This document shows positions 31,413-41,212 of a stretch of 64,000 bases of DNA, in pieces. The notes beneath the pieces are model-generated. The model was not told the origin of the DNA, did not search any database, and saw only the letters and a list, made by a program, of their open reading frames with translations. The translations under genes were made by a program, and so were the position numbers. Positions within the stretch are counted from its first letter, which is position 1, and the number at the start of each line of letters is the position of its first letter. Source of the DNA: Hadesarchaea archaeon (GTDB lineage Archaea; Hadarchaeota; Hadarchaeia; Hadarchaeales; Hadarchaeaceae); assembly GCA_029259175.1 (NCBI GenBank), contig JAPDJH010000004.1:96001-160000 (forward strand), written 5' to 3'.

Positions 31413-31547
31413 ATGAAGTGTCCGAAGTGCCAAGTTGGTGTTTTGGAGCGGTGGACTGCGGGTGACGAGGAGGACGAGGAGGCTACGTGGACGGCGTACC
31501 GGTGTACCGCTTGCGATTATGTTCTGAAAATCAAGCATGTGGATTAA
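31413..31547 (+). CDS. Zinc-ribbon microprotein (44 aa)
   Basis: MKCPKCQVGVLERWTAGDEEDEEATWTAYRCTACDYVLKIKHVD. Confidence 0.55.
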   Translation: MKCPKCQVGVLERWTAGDEEDEEATWTAYRCTACDYVLKIKHVD

Positions 31548-31606
31548 AAATTCTCATTAAATTATCAAAACTTCGCAATCTTGTAAACGCCGCGGGTTCA
31601 GAAAAG

Positions 31607-31713
31607 TGCTTCCCGGGAAGCGAGAGCGCTTCTCGCTTCCTTCCGGGCGGGATTCGAACCCGCGGCGCGAGCTCGAGAGGCTCGCATGTTTGACCGGGCT
31701 ACACCACCGGAGC
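31607..31713 (-). tRNA. tRNA-Glu(CTC) with putative 32-nt intron (31610-31641) at position 70/71
   Basis: CGAGC-CT CTC GA-GCTCG; the 5' strand GCTCCGG pairs fully with CCGGA|GC only after removal of a bulge-helix-bulge-like insert. Confidence 0.85.
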
Positions 31714-31900
31714 ACCAGAAAGTTATGATTTTCTCTACTCAAAAAAATAGCCCCTCTGTGAAAGGATCTCGATTGGTGCGATGAGGTTAATCCAAATTTT
31801 CCACTGTCCGAGAATACTCCGTGTAATCATCGAGAAGGTCGTGGTTAGGTGTCAGACCTGCACACAGCTCCGAACGAACCAATCAAAAAACAAAATTTTA

Positions 31901-31919
31901 ATACTTGTAAAACAAGTAT
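31901..31919. promoter_or_regulatory. Palindromic operator ATACTTGT-N3-ACAAGTAT upstream of the AbrB gene
   Basis: Perfect 8-bp inverted repeat next to a TTTTAA box. Confidence 0.5.
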
Positions 31920-31926
31920 GATTTGT

Positions 31927-32187
31927 ATGAAAATAAAAATCGAAGGAGTCGTGAAAGTCTCGCCTAGAGGACAGATAGTAATTCCAAAAGAAATCAGGGA
32001 ACGTCTCGGGATCCGGACCGGAGAGAAACTTTTGGTGGCGAGTAGGGGGAAAGAAATCCTGCTCAGGCGGCCGGAACTTTCACTCGAAGAGACCGGAGAA
32101 AAGGTAGAGAAGCTCGCGAAGGAGAAAGGGGTCGACATCGATAGACTGATTTCTGAGGCGCTGGAATGGGCGAGAAAATCCGGATAG
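31927..32187 (+). CDS. AbrB/MazE-family antitoxin
   Basis: VSPRGQIVIPKEIRERLGI. Confidence 0.9.
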   Translation: MKIKIEGVVKVSPRGQIVIPKEIRERLGIRTGEKLLVASRGKEILLRRPELSLEETGEKVEKLAKEKGVDIDRLISEALEWARKSG

Positions 32188-32591
32188 TTTTGGACACGAA
32201 TGTATGGGTGTCGATTTTCACTAAAAAGGCTTTAAGCAGGGAATTCACCCGGGTTTTTGCAGATGAGAAAGTCCAAGTTTTTATCTCTAAAGAAATTCTG
32301 AACGAGATATCAAAAGTCTTGGTATATCCCAAACTCGCTGAACTGTTCAAGCGTGCTGGAACGCATCCGCGAGAAATCTTGAAAACAATCGTGGAGAACA
32401 GTACGCCAGTAAAACCCAAACGGAGAGTGAAAATCATAAAGGAAGATCCAGCGGATAACAGAATACTCGAATGCGCTCTTGAAGCCAATTGCGACTTTAT
32501 TGTCAGCGGAGACAAACATCTGCTCAGACTGAGGAAGTTTAAAAGGACCCGAATTTTGTCGCCTAGGGAATTTGTAGAACTTATAAGCTAG
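32166..32591 (+). CDS. PIN-family toxin
   Basis: VLDTNVWVS, DPADNRILECA, IVSGDKHLL, ILSPREF. Confidence 0.9.
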   Translation: MGEKIRIVLDTNVWVSIFTKKALSREFTRVFADEKVQVFISKEILNEISKVLVYPKLAELFKRAGTHPREILKTIVENSTPVKPKRRVKIIKEDPADNRILECALEANCDFIVSGDKHLLRLRKFKRTRILSPREFVELIS

Positions 32592-32741
32592 GCTCGAGCG
32601 ACAAGGGTTTGTGGAGAACAATTAAGAGGATCGATGTCCGGTTAGTCCTGTGAGAAAGCCAATCACTTACAAAATAGCTTACGGTGTCTGGTTCCAGCAA
32701 GACACCTTTCATATATTTTTTTACCCTAATGAGTTGGGAAA

Positions 32742-33671
32742 ATGGGCGCGAAGATAGTCGGTTTGGGTGTGTGCTCCATCGACCAGTTCGTGCTCGTCGA
32801 CGAGTTCTGCAGACCTGACGACAAGGTATGGGTGCGCGGGTTTGTCCGCCAGTGTGGCGGTGTGGTGGCCAACTTCTGCGTGGGCGTTGCGCGGATGGGC
32901 GTAAGATCCGGGTTCATGGGATCGGCCGGAAACGATCGGGAAGGAAGAGAAATCCTGCAAAACTTCAGGCGAGAAGGCGTGGACACAGGGGACTTCGCGC
33001 TCAAGTCCGATACTAGAACCCCCGTCAACATCATCGTGGTGGACTCCCATGGCAGCAGGCAGATTCTGCAGGACCCCTACATGGAGCGGAACGTGTTGCG
33101 GCCGCGCGAGGTCAGACCGGAATATGTGGAGCGGGCAGACGTCTTCCACACGGACGCCGTTAACATCTCGACTGCCAAGCGGTGTATGCAGATCGTGGAA
33201 AGAGCCGGCACCACCGTGTCCTTCGATCTAGAGCGTCACGTGGCCGTCTACGGTATGCGGACAGTTCGACCTTTAATCCAGCTGACTGACATTCTCCTTC
33301 CAAATCGCCGGGGCGCGCTGGAACTCACCAACGAAACAAACGTGGCTCGAGCGGCTCGCAAGCTCCTTCGGCTCGGACCACAGGTGGTAGTCGTGACACT
33401 CGGCGAGCGCGGAGCCCTGCTGGTCACAGAAAAGGAAGAACTCCGCATTCCAATATATCGGGTGCGAAACGTGGCTGATACGACTGGGGCAGGAGACTGT
33501 TTCAACTCGGCGTTCGTGAGCGCGCTTCACAAAGGGATGACTCCACGGGAAGCCGCCGATTTTGCAGCTGCTGCGGCAGCGCTCTCAGTTACCAAAGTAG
33601 GCGCACAGACCATGCCGAGGTGGAAAGAAGTCGAGGAATTCATTAGGTCCAACCCGCCACGAGGAAAGTAA
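32742..33671 (+). CDS. PfkB-family carbohydrate kinase
   Basis: GGVVAN, VTLGERGA, DTTGAGDCF. Confidence 0.92.
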   Translation: MGAKIVGLGVCSIDQFVLVDEFCRPDDKVWVRGFVRQCGGVVANFCVGVARMGVRSGFMGSAGNDREGREILQNFRREGVDTGDFALKSDTRTPVNIIVVDSHGSRQILQDPYMERNVLRPREVRPEYVERADVFHTDAVNISTAKRCMQIVERAGTTVSFDLERHVAVYGMRTVRPLIQLTDILLPNRRGALELTNETNVARAARKLLRLGPQVVVVTLGERGALLVTEKEELRIPIYRVRNVADTTGAGDCFNSAFVSALHKGMTPREAADFAAAAAALSVTKVGAQTMPRWKEVEEFIRSNPPRGK

Positions 33672-33733
33672 CGATTTGTCCTTCGGTTTAGGTTGATATT
33701 GCAGACCACAATTTTGATCTAAAAATGAGACTA

Positions 33734-34165
33734 TCACGCCCGATAATAACAGATGCGCAGTGCCTCGTCGTAGATTTTGAGTTCGGGAAGGCGTTTGGCT
33801 TGCTCGGGCGTGATCCCGTCCGCGCGTCGCCACCCGTGCATGAAGGCGTTTGCGCGCAATCCAAAGTCGAGCTTACGCAACAAGCAGTTGGTGTCGGCCT
33901 GAATCTCTTGGATTCTCTTCAGGGTGCACGCGGTGTCCCTTTGCACGCGTTTGATCTCCTCTTGGGTCCGGCTGATCTTGACCAGGCAGCACTCGAGCTT
34001 CCGGAGGATGCGCTGGGTCTGCCGGTTGGAGTTCCGGATGATCCTCTGGGTTTGTCTGTTCGAATTCCAAATGATTCGCTGGGTCTGGTAATTGCTCAAC
34101 ACGACGGTCACGATTATCGGCAGGGTGATCGTCAGCACCGCCGTAAGAGCTTCCATCACATCCAT
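33734..34165 (-). CDS. Membrane-anchored coiled-coil protein with 11-aa repeats
   Basis: N-terminal TM helix, then three SNxQTQRI(I/L)-type repeats. Confidence 0.6.
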   Translation of the reverse strand: MDVMEALTAVLTITLPIIVTVVLSNYQTQRIIWNSNRQTQRIIRNSNRQTQRILRKLECCLVKISRTQEEIKRVQRDTACTLKRIQEIQADTNCLLRKLDFGLRANAFMHGWRRADGITPEQAKRLPELKIYDEALRICYYRA

Positions 34166-34260
34166 TATCTTTTTACCCTCCGCTCATTTCTCGCTTTCGC
34201 TTTGCGCGAAGGTTGTTTAAAGGAGAAAAGAGGCAGCATCAATTTTCGAAACAAAACAAG

Positions 34261-34335
34261 CGGGCCCGGCGGGATTCGAACCCGCGACTTGCAGCTTAGG
34301 AGGCTGCCGCCCTATCCAGGCTAGGCCACGGGCCC
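34261..34335 (-). tRNA. tRNA-Arg(CCT)
   Basis: GGGCCCG acceptor, GCAGC-CT CCT AA-GCTGC. Confidence 0.96.
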
Positions 34336-34386
34336 CAAACTTCTCTAGCTTAGGTTTAATATCTCAATAACTGTAAACTTTTTCCG

Positions 34387-35739
34387 ATGAAGAAGCTCTT
34401 CGGAACTTTTGGGGTCAGAGGAATAGTCAACCGTGAACTCACTCCCGAACTCGCATACAAGCTGGGCTTGGCCCTCGCGACCCATCTGGGAAACCGTGGC
34501 AAAGTCGCGATAGGACGAGACAATCGGACCTCCGGTTTCATGTTTGAAAGCAGCGTGGTCGCCGGGCTGCTCGCGGGCGGCTGCGACGTCCTTCGGCTTG
34601 GATTGACCCCCACGCCAGTCCTGAGCTTCTCCATCCACCACTTCAAATGCGACGCCGGAGTGATAATCACCGCCTCGCATAACCCACCCGAATACAACGG
34701 AATCAAACTCTGGGGCAGCGATGGCGCCGGTTTTGAGCGCCAGCGGGAGCGGGAAATCGAAAAAATCGTTGAAACCGGGGGCACAACTGTTGGGTGGGAT
34801 AGAATAGGCAAAGCTCTGTCAGCCGACGCGGTTTCCGCCTACACGCGTGCATTGCTTCAACGAGTTCCGAAAATCAAACGGAAACTGCGGGTGGTTGTGG
34901 ACTGCGGCAGTGCCGTTGGATCTCTCGTCACCCCTTACGTGCTGCGCGAACTCGGATGTGAGGTCATCTCCATGAACTCTCAGCTCGACGGCACTTTTCC
35001 CGGCAGGAAGCTCGAGCCCGTTCCGGAGAATCTCCAAGACCTCGCCAAAACCGTTGTGGCGTGTGGAGCTGATCTTGGAATCGCGCACGACGGAGACGCG
35101 GATCGAACCCTGATCGCAGACGAAAAGGGGAACCTGCTGAGCGGGGACCGTGTTTTCGCCTTTGCTGCTCTCAATTATCTACAACATCGAAAACGTCCGA
35201 GAATAATAACCACTGTGGCAACCAGCAAGGTCATAGACGATGTTGCGCAAAAATTGAACGGCCAAGTAGTGAGAACGCGTGTAGGCGAGCCGGAAATCGT
35301 CGGCGAGTACAAGCGAAACGGAGGAGACATCGGGGGAGAAGAGAACGGAGGGGTGCTTTTCTTTGACTGGACGCCCTGCAGGGATGGAATAATGACAGCC
35401 GTTCAGTTTGTGCTGGCGTTGGCTGAGAGCGAAACCACCGTGTCCGAATTGAACTCGACCCTCCCCCAGTACCACCAGGTAAAACAACGCATAGAGTGTC
35501 CGAACGAACTCAAACCTCGTGTGCTGCAGCAGTTGTCCGAGCAGGAATGGGAGGGTCAGCTCACAACCATCGACGGTATAAGAATCGATTTCGATGACGG
35601 GTGGCTACTCCTAAGACCATCGGGAACCGAGCCGATTTTCAGGTGTTTCGCTGAAGCCAAAACGGCCAAGCGAGCCGCAGAACTGGCTGAACTTGGGATG
35701 GCACGGCTAAAGGAAGCCGTCGAAAAAAGTAGCAGTTAG
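34387..35739 (+). CDS. Phosphoglucosamine/phosphomannomutase
   Basis: LFGTFGVRG, TASHNP, DGDADR, GGEENG, RPSGTEP. Confidence 0.93.
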   Translation: MKKLFGTFGVRGIVNRELTPELAYKLGLALATHLGNRGKVAIGRDNRTSGFMFESSVVAGLLAGGCDVLRLGLTPTPVLSFSIHHFKCDAGVIITASHNPPEYNGIKLWGSDGAGFERQREREIEKIVETGGTTVGWDRIGKALSADAVSAYTRALLQRVPKIKRKLRVVVDCGSAVGSLVTPYVLRELGCEVISMNSQLDGTFPGRKLEPVPENLQDLAKTVVACGADLGIAHDGDADRTLIADEKGNLLSGDRVFAFAALNYLQHRKRPRIITTVATSKVIDDVAQKLNGQVVRTRVGEPEIVGEYKRNGGDIGGEENGGVLFFDWTPCRDGIMTAVQFVLALAESETTVSELNSTLPQYHQVKQRIECPNELKPRVLQQLSEQEWEGQLTTIDGIRIDFDDGWLLLRPSGTEPIFRCFAEAKTAKRAAELAELGMARLKEAVEKSSS

Positions 35740-36776
35740 AAGAACCACCGCTGCCCGCTCACGCGTTCTCCCACTATGGGTATCCTTTCCCCACAGTTCG
35801 GGCATTTCTTGTTCCGCAGCTCGTAGCGCTGTATAACGAATCCGTATCGCTCTATTAGCAATTTGCCGCATTTGGGGCAATAGGTGTTATCAAACTCGTG
35901 GCCAGGAACATTTCCTATGTACACGAATTTTGCTCCTTTCTCCTTGGCCAACTGAGCCGCCCTCTCCAAGCTGCGAACGGGAGTCGCTTCTCTGTCTGTG
36001 AGCTTGTAGTGAGGATAAAAACGGCTGAAGTGAACCGGGACATCTGGGCCGAGCTTTTCCACCACCCAGTCGCAGAACTCGCCGATTTCCTTCTCCGAAT
36101 CATTTTCTCTCGGAATAACGAGATAGGTGACCTCCAGATGGATTCCGTGCTCCACCATCCACTCACAAGTTTGTAGAACGGGAGTGATTCCGGGAACCCC
36201 ACATATTCTTCGGTAGAAATCGTCCGAAAAGGCCTTCACGTCCACGTTTGCCGCATCCAGATAGGGGGCCAGCTCTTCCAAAGCCTCGACCGTGATATAT
36301 CCGTTCGACACGTAGGTGTTGTAAAGCCCCTCGCGTTTTGCCAACTTGCCCACATCGATCGCGTATTCGGTCCAAATGGTTGGCTCGGTATAGGTGTGGG
36401 AGATCCCCTGGGCATCGGCTCGCTTAGCGATCCGAATTAATTCATCTGGCGCGACATCTTCTGTTTCCACCTGAGCCACGTCGGTTTGGGAGATGGACCA
36501 GTTCTGACAGTGCAAACACGAAAAGTTACAACCGGGAGCGGCGATGGAGAGCACCCCGCTCCCCGGCCAGAAGTGATAGAGCGGTTTCTTCTCTATGGGA
36601 TCGACAGCCATTGAAACGAGCGACCCATAAACCAGCGAGTAAAGCTTTCCATCTTCGTTTTTCCGTGCACGACAGGCCCCCATTCTGCCAAGAGGAATTT
36701 TGCACTTGCGAGCGCACAGAAAACAAAATACCGACTGGTTCGGCCCAGGTCTCCAAAACTTGGCTTCGTGTTTCAT
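35736..36776 (-). CDS. amrS: AmmeMemoRadiSam-type radical SAM enzyme
   Basis: DPIEKKPLYHF, CNFSCLHCQN, HFSRFYP, YIGNV, CPKCG. Confidence 0.88.
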   Translation of the reverse strand: MKHEAKFWRPGPNQSVFCFLCARKCKIPLGRMGACRARKNEDGKLYSLVYGSLVSMAVDPIEKKPLYHFWPGSGVLSIAAPGCNFSCLHCQNWSISQTDVAQVETEDVAPDELIRIAKRADAQGISHTYTEPTIWTEYAIDVGKLAKREGLYNTYVSNGYITVEALEELAPYLDAANVDVKAFSDDFYRRICGVPGITPVLQTCEWMVEHGIHLEVTYLVIPRENDSEKEIGEFCDWVVEKLGPDVPVHFSRFYPHYKLTDREATPVRSLERAAQLAKEKGAKFVYIGNVPGHEFDNTYCPKCGKLLIERYGFVIQRYELRNKKCPNCGERIPIVGERVSGQRWFF

Positions 36777-36919
36777 GCGCTCACCCGGAACTCGTGCCTG
36801 CACCTAGGACACTTTATCAGCGGACATCCGCCAACTGAGTTCGGACATCCGCTGCACGCAGTAATGCGGCCGTAAGAGCGATCGAACTTAAAACCGCACC
36901 GAGGACAGGTTTCAGCCAT
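36773..36919 (-). CDS. Cys-rich microprotein (48 aa), coupled to the radical SAM gene
   Basis: Manual translation MAETCPRCGFKFDRSYGRITACSGCPNSVGGCPLIKCPRCRHEFRVSA; ATGA overlap with the downstream start. Confidence 0.7.
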   Translation of the reverse strand: MAETCPRCGFKFDRSYGRITACSGCPNSVGGCPLIKCPRCRHEFRVSA

Positions 36920-36990
36920 CACCATTCTCTTGGCTTTCCATCCTTATAGACACGTTTTTCAACTCAGATACCCACAGATTTCAGGATTCG

Positions 36991-37245
36991 ATGACACCAT
37001 CGCAAGAGGAAGTGAGAAAAAGCGCCGAAGAAATAGTGGAAGAGTTCGTCCGGCTAACACAGGATCTGCCCGCGGTTGAGGAGCAATACTACCTGGGAGG
37101 ATCGGTGAATATCACTAGGCCCGATGGAGAGCCGACCTCGTCTGAAACGAGAACGGAGTTCAGAAATCGTTTCCTTTCGACCGCGCCCGGTTCTGACGAA
37201 GAGGGCTACATCAAGGTGGAGGTCGCCCGATGGGTCGAACCCTAG
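36991..37245 (+). CDS. gatC: Asp/Glu-tRNA amidotransferase subunit C (archaeal)
   Basis: Small protein preceding gatA; NITRPD, F..TAP..GYIKVE. Confidence 0.75.
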   Translation: MTPSQEEVRKSAEEIVEEFVRLTQDLPAVEEQYYLGGSVNITRPDGEPTSSETRTEFRNRFLSTAPGSDEEGYIKVEVARWVEP

Positions 37246-38597
37246 AGATCCGCGAACAAATCCGGCGTGGAGAAGTCTCCGTGGTGGGGCGAGTCCAACA
37301 ATTCATTGAACGGATCAAAAAAGAGGATAAGAAAATCAACTCCTTTATCGAGCTCAATCCTCAAGCGATCGCTGAAGCGGAGCGCGTGGAAAAAAAGCTC
37401 AGGAGTGGTGAGCGAGTAGGACGGCTCGCAGGGCTGATCGTTGGAGTAAAATCCAACATCAACGTGAAGGGACTGCGAGCCACGTGCGCATCTAGAACGC
37501 TGGAGGATTACGTTGCACCCTACGACGCAGAGGTGATCAAACGAATACGCCAAGAGGATGCGGTGATCATCGGGATGCAAAACATGGACGAATTCGCGTG
37601 CGGTTCCAGCGGTGAAACCAGCGCTTTTGGTCCGACTCAAAATCCTGCAGCTCCGGGCCGAATACCGGGTGGCTCCAGCAGTGGAAGCGCTGCCGCCATC
37701 GCTGCAGGATTCTGTGATCTGAGCTTGGGAACAGACACTGGCGGATCAATCCGGAACCCCTCGAGCCACTGTGGTGTGGTGGGGATCAAACCAACCTATG
37801 GTCTTGTCCCGCGTCAGGGGCTGATCGACCTCGGAATGAGCCTAGACCAGATAGGACCCATTGCGCCAGACGTTGAAGGAGCAGCGCTTTTGCTTGAAAT
37901 CATCGCTGGGCGCACCCAAAACGAATGCGTAATGCTCCCCGTGGATCGCGTAGAATATCTCTCCAGACTAAACAGAGGAATCAAAGGTATGCGAATCGGA
38001 ACAAGTTCGAAGTTTGCAGAACTCACAGACCCGAAGATAATGGCCGTCATAGACAAAGCGTTGGACAAACTGCGAGATCTGGGAGCAGAAATCGTCGAGG
38101 TCGAGCTGCCCAATCTGGAAAAAGCCATGCCAACGTATTACCTGATTGTGTCCGTTGAGTTTTTCTCTGCGACCCGAAAATACGACGGCAGAAAATATGG
38201 GAAGCGGATCGAGGAGGTGTGTGGAGAGGAAGTGCTGAGGCGGATTTTGCGGGGGGCACACATCAGTCGGAGAGAATACCGAGGAAAGTTCTACCAGCGG
38301 GCTCTGCAGGTCCGTACTCTCATAAGAGAAGAACTCATGCGTGCGTTGCAACACGTTGATGTGCTTGTGGGGCCCACCGTTCCAAAGCTGCCGCACCGCT
38401 TGGGAGACAAACTCACTCCGATGGAGATGTACGGATATGACTATCTGACAGTTCCGGCAAACCTGGCGGGAATCTGCGGAGGGGTGATAAAGGCCGGTGA
38501 GGTGAACGGGATTCCCGTGGGGCTTCAGATCCAAGGAAAGCCGCTGGGCGAGCTGGATGTGCTCCGCGTGATGAAAGCGATGGAGGAAACCGCATGA
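37230..38597 (+). CDS. gatA: Amidotransferase subunit A
   Basis: NMDEFACGSS, PGGSSSGSAAA, DTGGSIRNP amidase signature. Confidence 0.95.
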   Translation: MGRTLEIREQIRRGEVSVVGRVQQFIERIKKEDKKINSFIELNPQAIAEAERVEKKLRSGERVGRLAGLIVGVKSNINVKGLRATCASRTLEDYVAPYDAEVIKRIRQEDAVIIGMQNMDEFACGSSGETSAFGPTQNPAAPGRIPGGSSSGSAAAIAAGFCDLSLGTDTGGSIRNPSSHCGVVGIKPTYGLVPRQGLIDLGMSLDQIGPIAPDVEGAALLLEIIAGRTQNECVMLPVDRVEYLSRLNRGIKGMRIGTSSKFAELTDPKIMAVIDKALDKLRDLGAEIVEVELPNLEKAMPTYYLIVSVEFFSATRKYDGRKYGKRIEEVCGEEVLRRILRGAHISRREYRGKFYQRALQVRTLIREELMRALQHVDVLVGPTVPKLPHRLGDKLTPMEMYGYDYLTVPANLAGICGGVIKAGEVNGIPVGLQIQGKPLGELDVLRVMKAMEETA

Positions 38598-39967
38598 GGG
38601 TGAAAATCGGATTTGAAGTCCATCTCCAGCTCAAAACAGAACGCAAACTGTACTGCAACTGTCCAGCAAACTATCAGGACGTGCCGCCGAACACCAACGT
38701 GTGTCCCATATGCACAGGCATGCCGGGGGCAAAGCCGCTGCCACCGAACGAGCAAGCGATCGATGCCGCTATCGAGATAGGACTCATGCTTGGATGCAGG
38801 ATTCTAACCGACCGCACCATCTACATCCAGCGCAAACACTATGACTATCCCGATCTCCCCTCGGGCTATCAGCGAACCAGTCAACCGATCGCCGTGGACG
38901 GAGAGCTGTCTGGAGTGAGGATAAGAGAAGTGCACTTGGAGGAGGATCCCGGACAGTACGATCCCGTAGCTGGAAGAGTGGACTTCAACCGTTCTGGCGT
39001 TCCTCTCGTGGAAATAGTCACGGAACCCGACATCAAATCGCCCGATGAGGCACGGGAATTCCTGAAGCTTCTCACGCGGGCGTTGGAATACACCGGAAAG
39101 GTGAGGCCCGAAGGCGGTGGTGCAATGCGGGCCGATGTGAACATCTCACTTGAGGGCGGTGGCAGAGTTGAAGTGAAAAACATCAACTCGATCCATGGGG
39201 CCTTCCGGGCGCTTAACTACGAAATCATGCGACAAAAAAGGAAGCTAGAACGAGGTGAGAGGGTAGAGCGGGAAACACGAGCCTATCTCGAGAGTCAAAT
39301 GATAACCGTTCCCATGCGTGCCAAAGAGATGGAGGAAGACTATCGGTATATTCCAGATCCAGACTTGTTCCCCCTGAGAATCAGCAACCAGAAGGTTGAA
39401 GCGATCAGGCGCCAGATGCCCGAGGCGCCCCATCTGCGGTTCAAACGCATTGTGGCCCAGTACAACATCAACGAAGAAGCTGCGGAGGTGATAGTAAGCG
39501 AGCGCGAGTTGGCCGATCTCTTCGAGCAAGTGGCTCAGCGGGTCAGCCCACACTTGGCAGCGACCTGGTTTAGAACCAAATTGAAGAAAGTCTTGAACTA
39601 TCACGGGATGAGAGCTGCCGATGTGAAGTTCACGAGCGCTCAACTCGCCGAGCTTCTACAGCTGGTAGAGCGAAAGGAGATCACGCCAGAACAGGGAGAA
39701 CTCGTGCTCCGAGAGCTGGTCGTTGATCCACGGTCGCCGCGTGCTCTCCTCGAAAAACTCGGACTAAAACCGTTGAAACCCGCAGATATAGAAAAACTCA
39801 TTCATGCTGTGATCGAAGAAAACCAGCCGGCAGTGCGCGATTATCTTTCAGGCAAAACCGAGGCGCTGAACTTTTTGGTTGGACAAGTGATGCGAGCGAG
39901 CAAAGGAAAGGCAGATCCGCGAGAAATCCGAAAGCGGATAGAGGAAATCCTGAAGGAAGGTCGTTAA
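38594..39967 (+). CDS. gatB: Amidotransferase subunit B
   Basis: [49 protein letters not shown]. Confidence 0.95.
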   Translation: MRVKIGFEVHLQLKTERKLYCNCPANYQDVPPNTNVCPICTGMPGAKPLPPNEQAIDAAIEIGLMLGCRILTDRTIYIQRKHYDYPDLPSGYQRTSQPIAVDGELSGVRIREVHLEEDPGQYDPVAGRVDFNRSGVPLVEIVTEPDIKSPDEAREFLKLLTRALEYTGKVRPEGGGAMRADVNISLEGGGRVEVKNINSIHGAFRALNYEIMRQKRKLERGERVERETRAYLESQMITVPMRAKEMEEDYRYIPDPDLFPLRISNQKVEAIRRQMPEAPHLRFKRIVAQYNINEEAAEVIVSERELADLFEQVAQRVSPHLAATWFRTKLKKVLNYHGMRAADVKFTSAQLAELLQLVERKEITPEQGELVLRELVVDPRSPRALLEKLGLKPLKPADIEKLIHAVIEENQPAVRDYLSGKTEALNFLVGQVMRASKGKADPREIRKRIEEILKEGR

Positions 39968-41169
39968 TAGCCGTACATCTTCTCTGGCTTGGACGAGTAT
40001 CCGGGAACCTCAAACTCGCGCTGTGATGGGAGGACCTTTGCAATCGCTCGCTCGAAATCTGAGGTCTCTACGGTGTCCCTTCCGTCGCGGATTGCAAACA
40101 TCCCGGCTTCGGTGCAAATCGCCTTGATATCGGCTCCCGTGGCGTTGGATGCAAGTCTCGCTAGCTCTCTGAGATCCACGTCTTTCGCCAGATTCATGTT
40201 TCTCACGTGAATCCGAAAGATCGCCTCACGGGCCCGTTCGTCTGGTGGCGGGAAGTAAATGAGCCGGTCAAACCTGCCTGGTCTCAAAAGTGCTGGATCC
40301 AAGATATCCGGACGGTTGGTCGCCCCGATTACCTTCACATCTCCGCGGGCATCGAACCCATCTATCTCTGCCAGCAACTGCATCAGGGTGCGGTACACTT
40401 CTCGATCTCCGCTCGTGGAGTTCTCCAGTCGCCTGGCCCCAATGGCATCCAGCTCATCGATGAACACTACGGAGGGGGCCTTCTCCCGAGCCAATTCAAA
40501 AACCTCGCGGACGATTCTGGCCCCTTCCCCGATGTATTTCTGTACCAGCTCTGAGCCAATGGTCCGGATAAAAGTGGCTTTGGTTTCGTGTGCTACGGCC
40601 CGGGCCACTAGAGTCTTGCCAGTGCCCGGTGGACCGTAAAGCAACACGCCCTTGGGGGGATCGATTCCCACTTTATCGAAAAGCTCTGGCTTGAGCAGGG
40701 GGAGCTCCACTGTCTCGCGTATTTCACGAATCTGTTCCTCGAGTCCCCCAACATCATCATAGGTTACTGGCGGGATTTCTTCTATCTCCATTCCCAGCAC
40801 ATAGGGGTCTTTCTTCGATGGGAGGGCCTCAACAATCGCATAGGTGTGCTGGTTCAGCGCCACACGGGTGCCTGGCTTCAAGTCACCCGGATTCACCGAG
40901 CCGTGTACGCGCACCACAAAGCTCGGACCCGCGCTGCTCTTGACGATTGCGCGCCCGTCTTCGAGCACATCGATTACGGTGGCTGCCAGCAGGGGGGGCG
41001 TTTGCAATCGTTTTATCTCGTTTCGTAAGGAGGCGATCTCTCTGTCCAGGCGAAAACAGCGGGCCTCCAAGGCTCTTCTTTCGTGCTCAAGTTCTCGCAC
41101 TCTCTGCTCCAGACCCTGGACGTATTCCTCCACAAAATCTCCGTGGGGTTTACTTTTTGACCTCTCCAA
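39964..41169 (-). CDS. pan: Proteasome-activating nucleotidase
   Basis: N-terminal coiled coil, [23 protein letters not shown]. Confidence 0.95.
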   Translation of the reverse strand: MERSKSKPHGDFVEEYVQGLEQRVRELEHERRALEARCFRLDREIASLRNEIKRLQTPPLLAATVIDVLEDGRAIVKSSAGPSFVVRVHGSVNPGDLKPGTRVALNQHTYAIVEALPSKKDPYVLGMEIEEIPPVTYDDVGGLEEQIREIRETVELPLLKPELFDKVGIDPPKGVLLYGPPGTGKTLVARAVAHETKATFIRTIGSELVQKYIGEGARIVREVFELAREKAPSVVFIDELDAIGARRLENSTSGDREVYRTLMQLLAEIDGFDARGDVKVIGATNRPDILDPALLRPGRFDRLIYFPPPDERAREAIFRIHVRNMNLAKDVDLRELARLASNATGADIKAICTEAGMFAIRDGRDTVETSDFERAIAKVLPSQREFEVPGYSSKPEKMYGY

Positions 41170-41212
41170 CCTAGCACCTCAATATCCCTGTGGGAACACG
41201 CCTAATAAGACT

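Noticed and set aside
31612-31640. Hairpin as a simple terminator after a truncated tRNA-Glu
   Set aside because: This does not explain the CGGG central-helix complement, the two 3-nt bulges or the exact restoration of the acceptor stem; an intron fits better
36821-36852. CGGACATCCGC direct repeat
   Set aside because: Explained by repeated Gly-Cys-Pro codons of the microprotein on the minus strand
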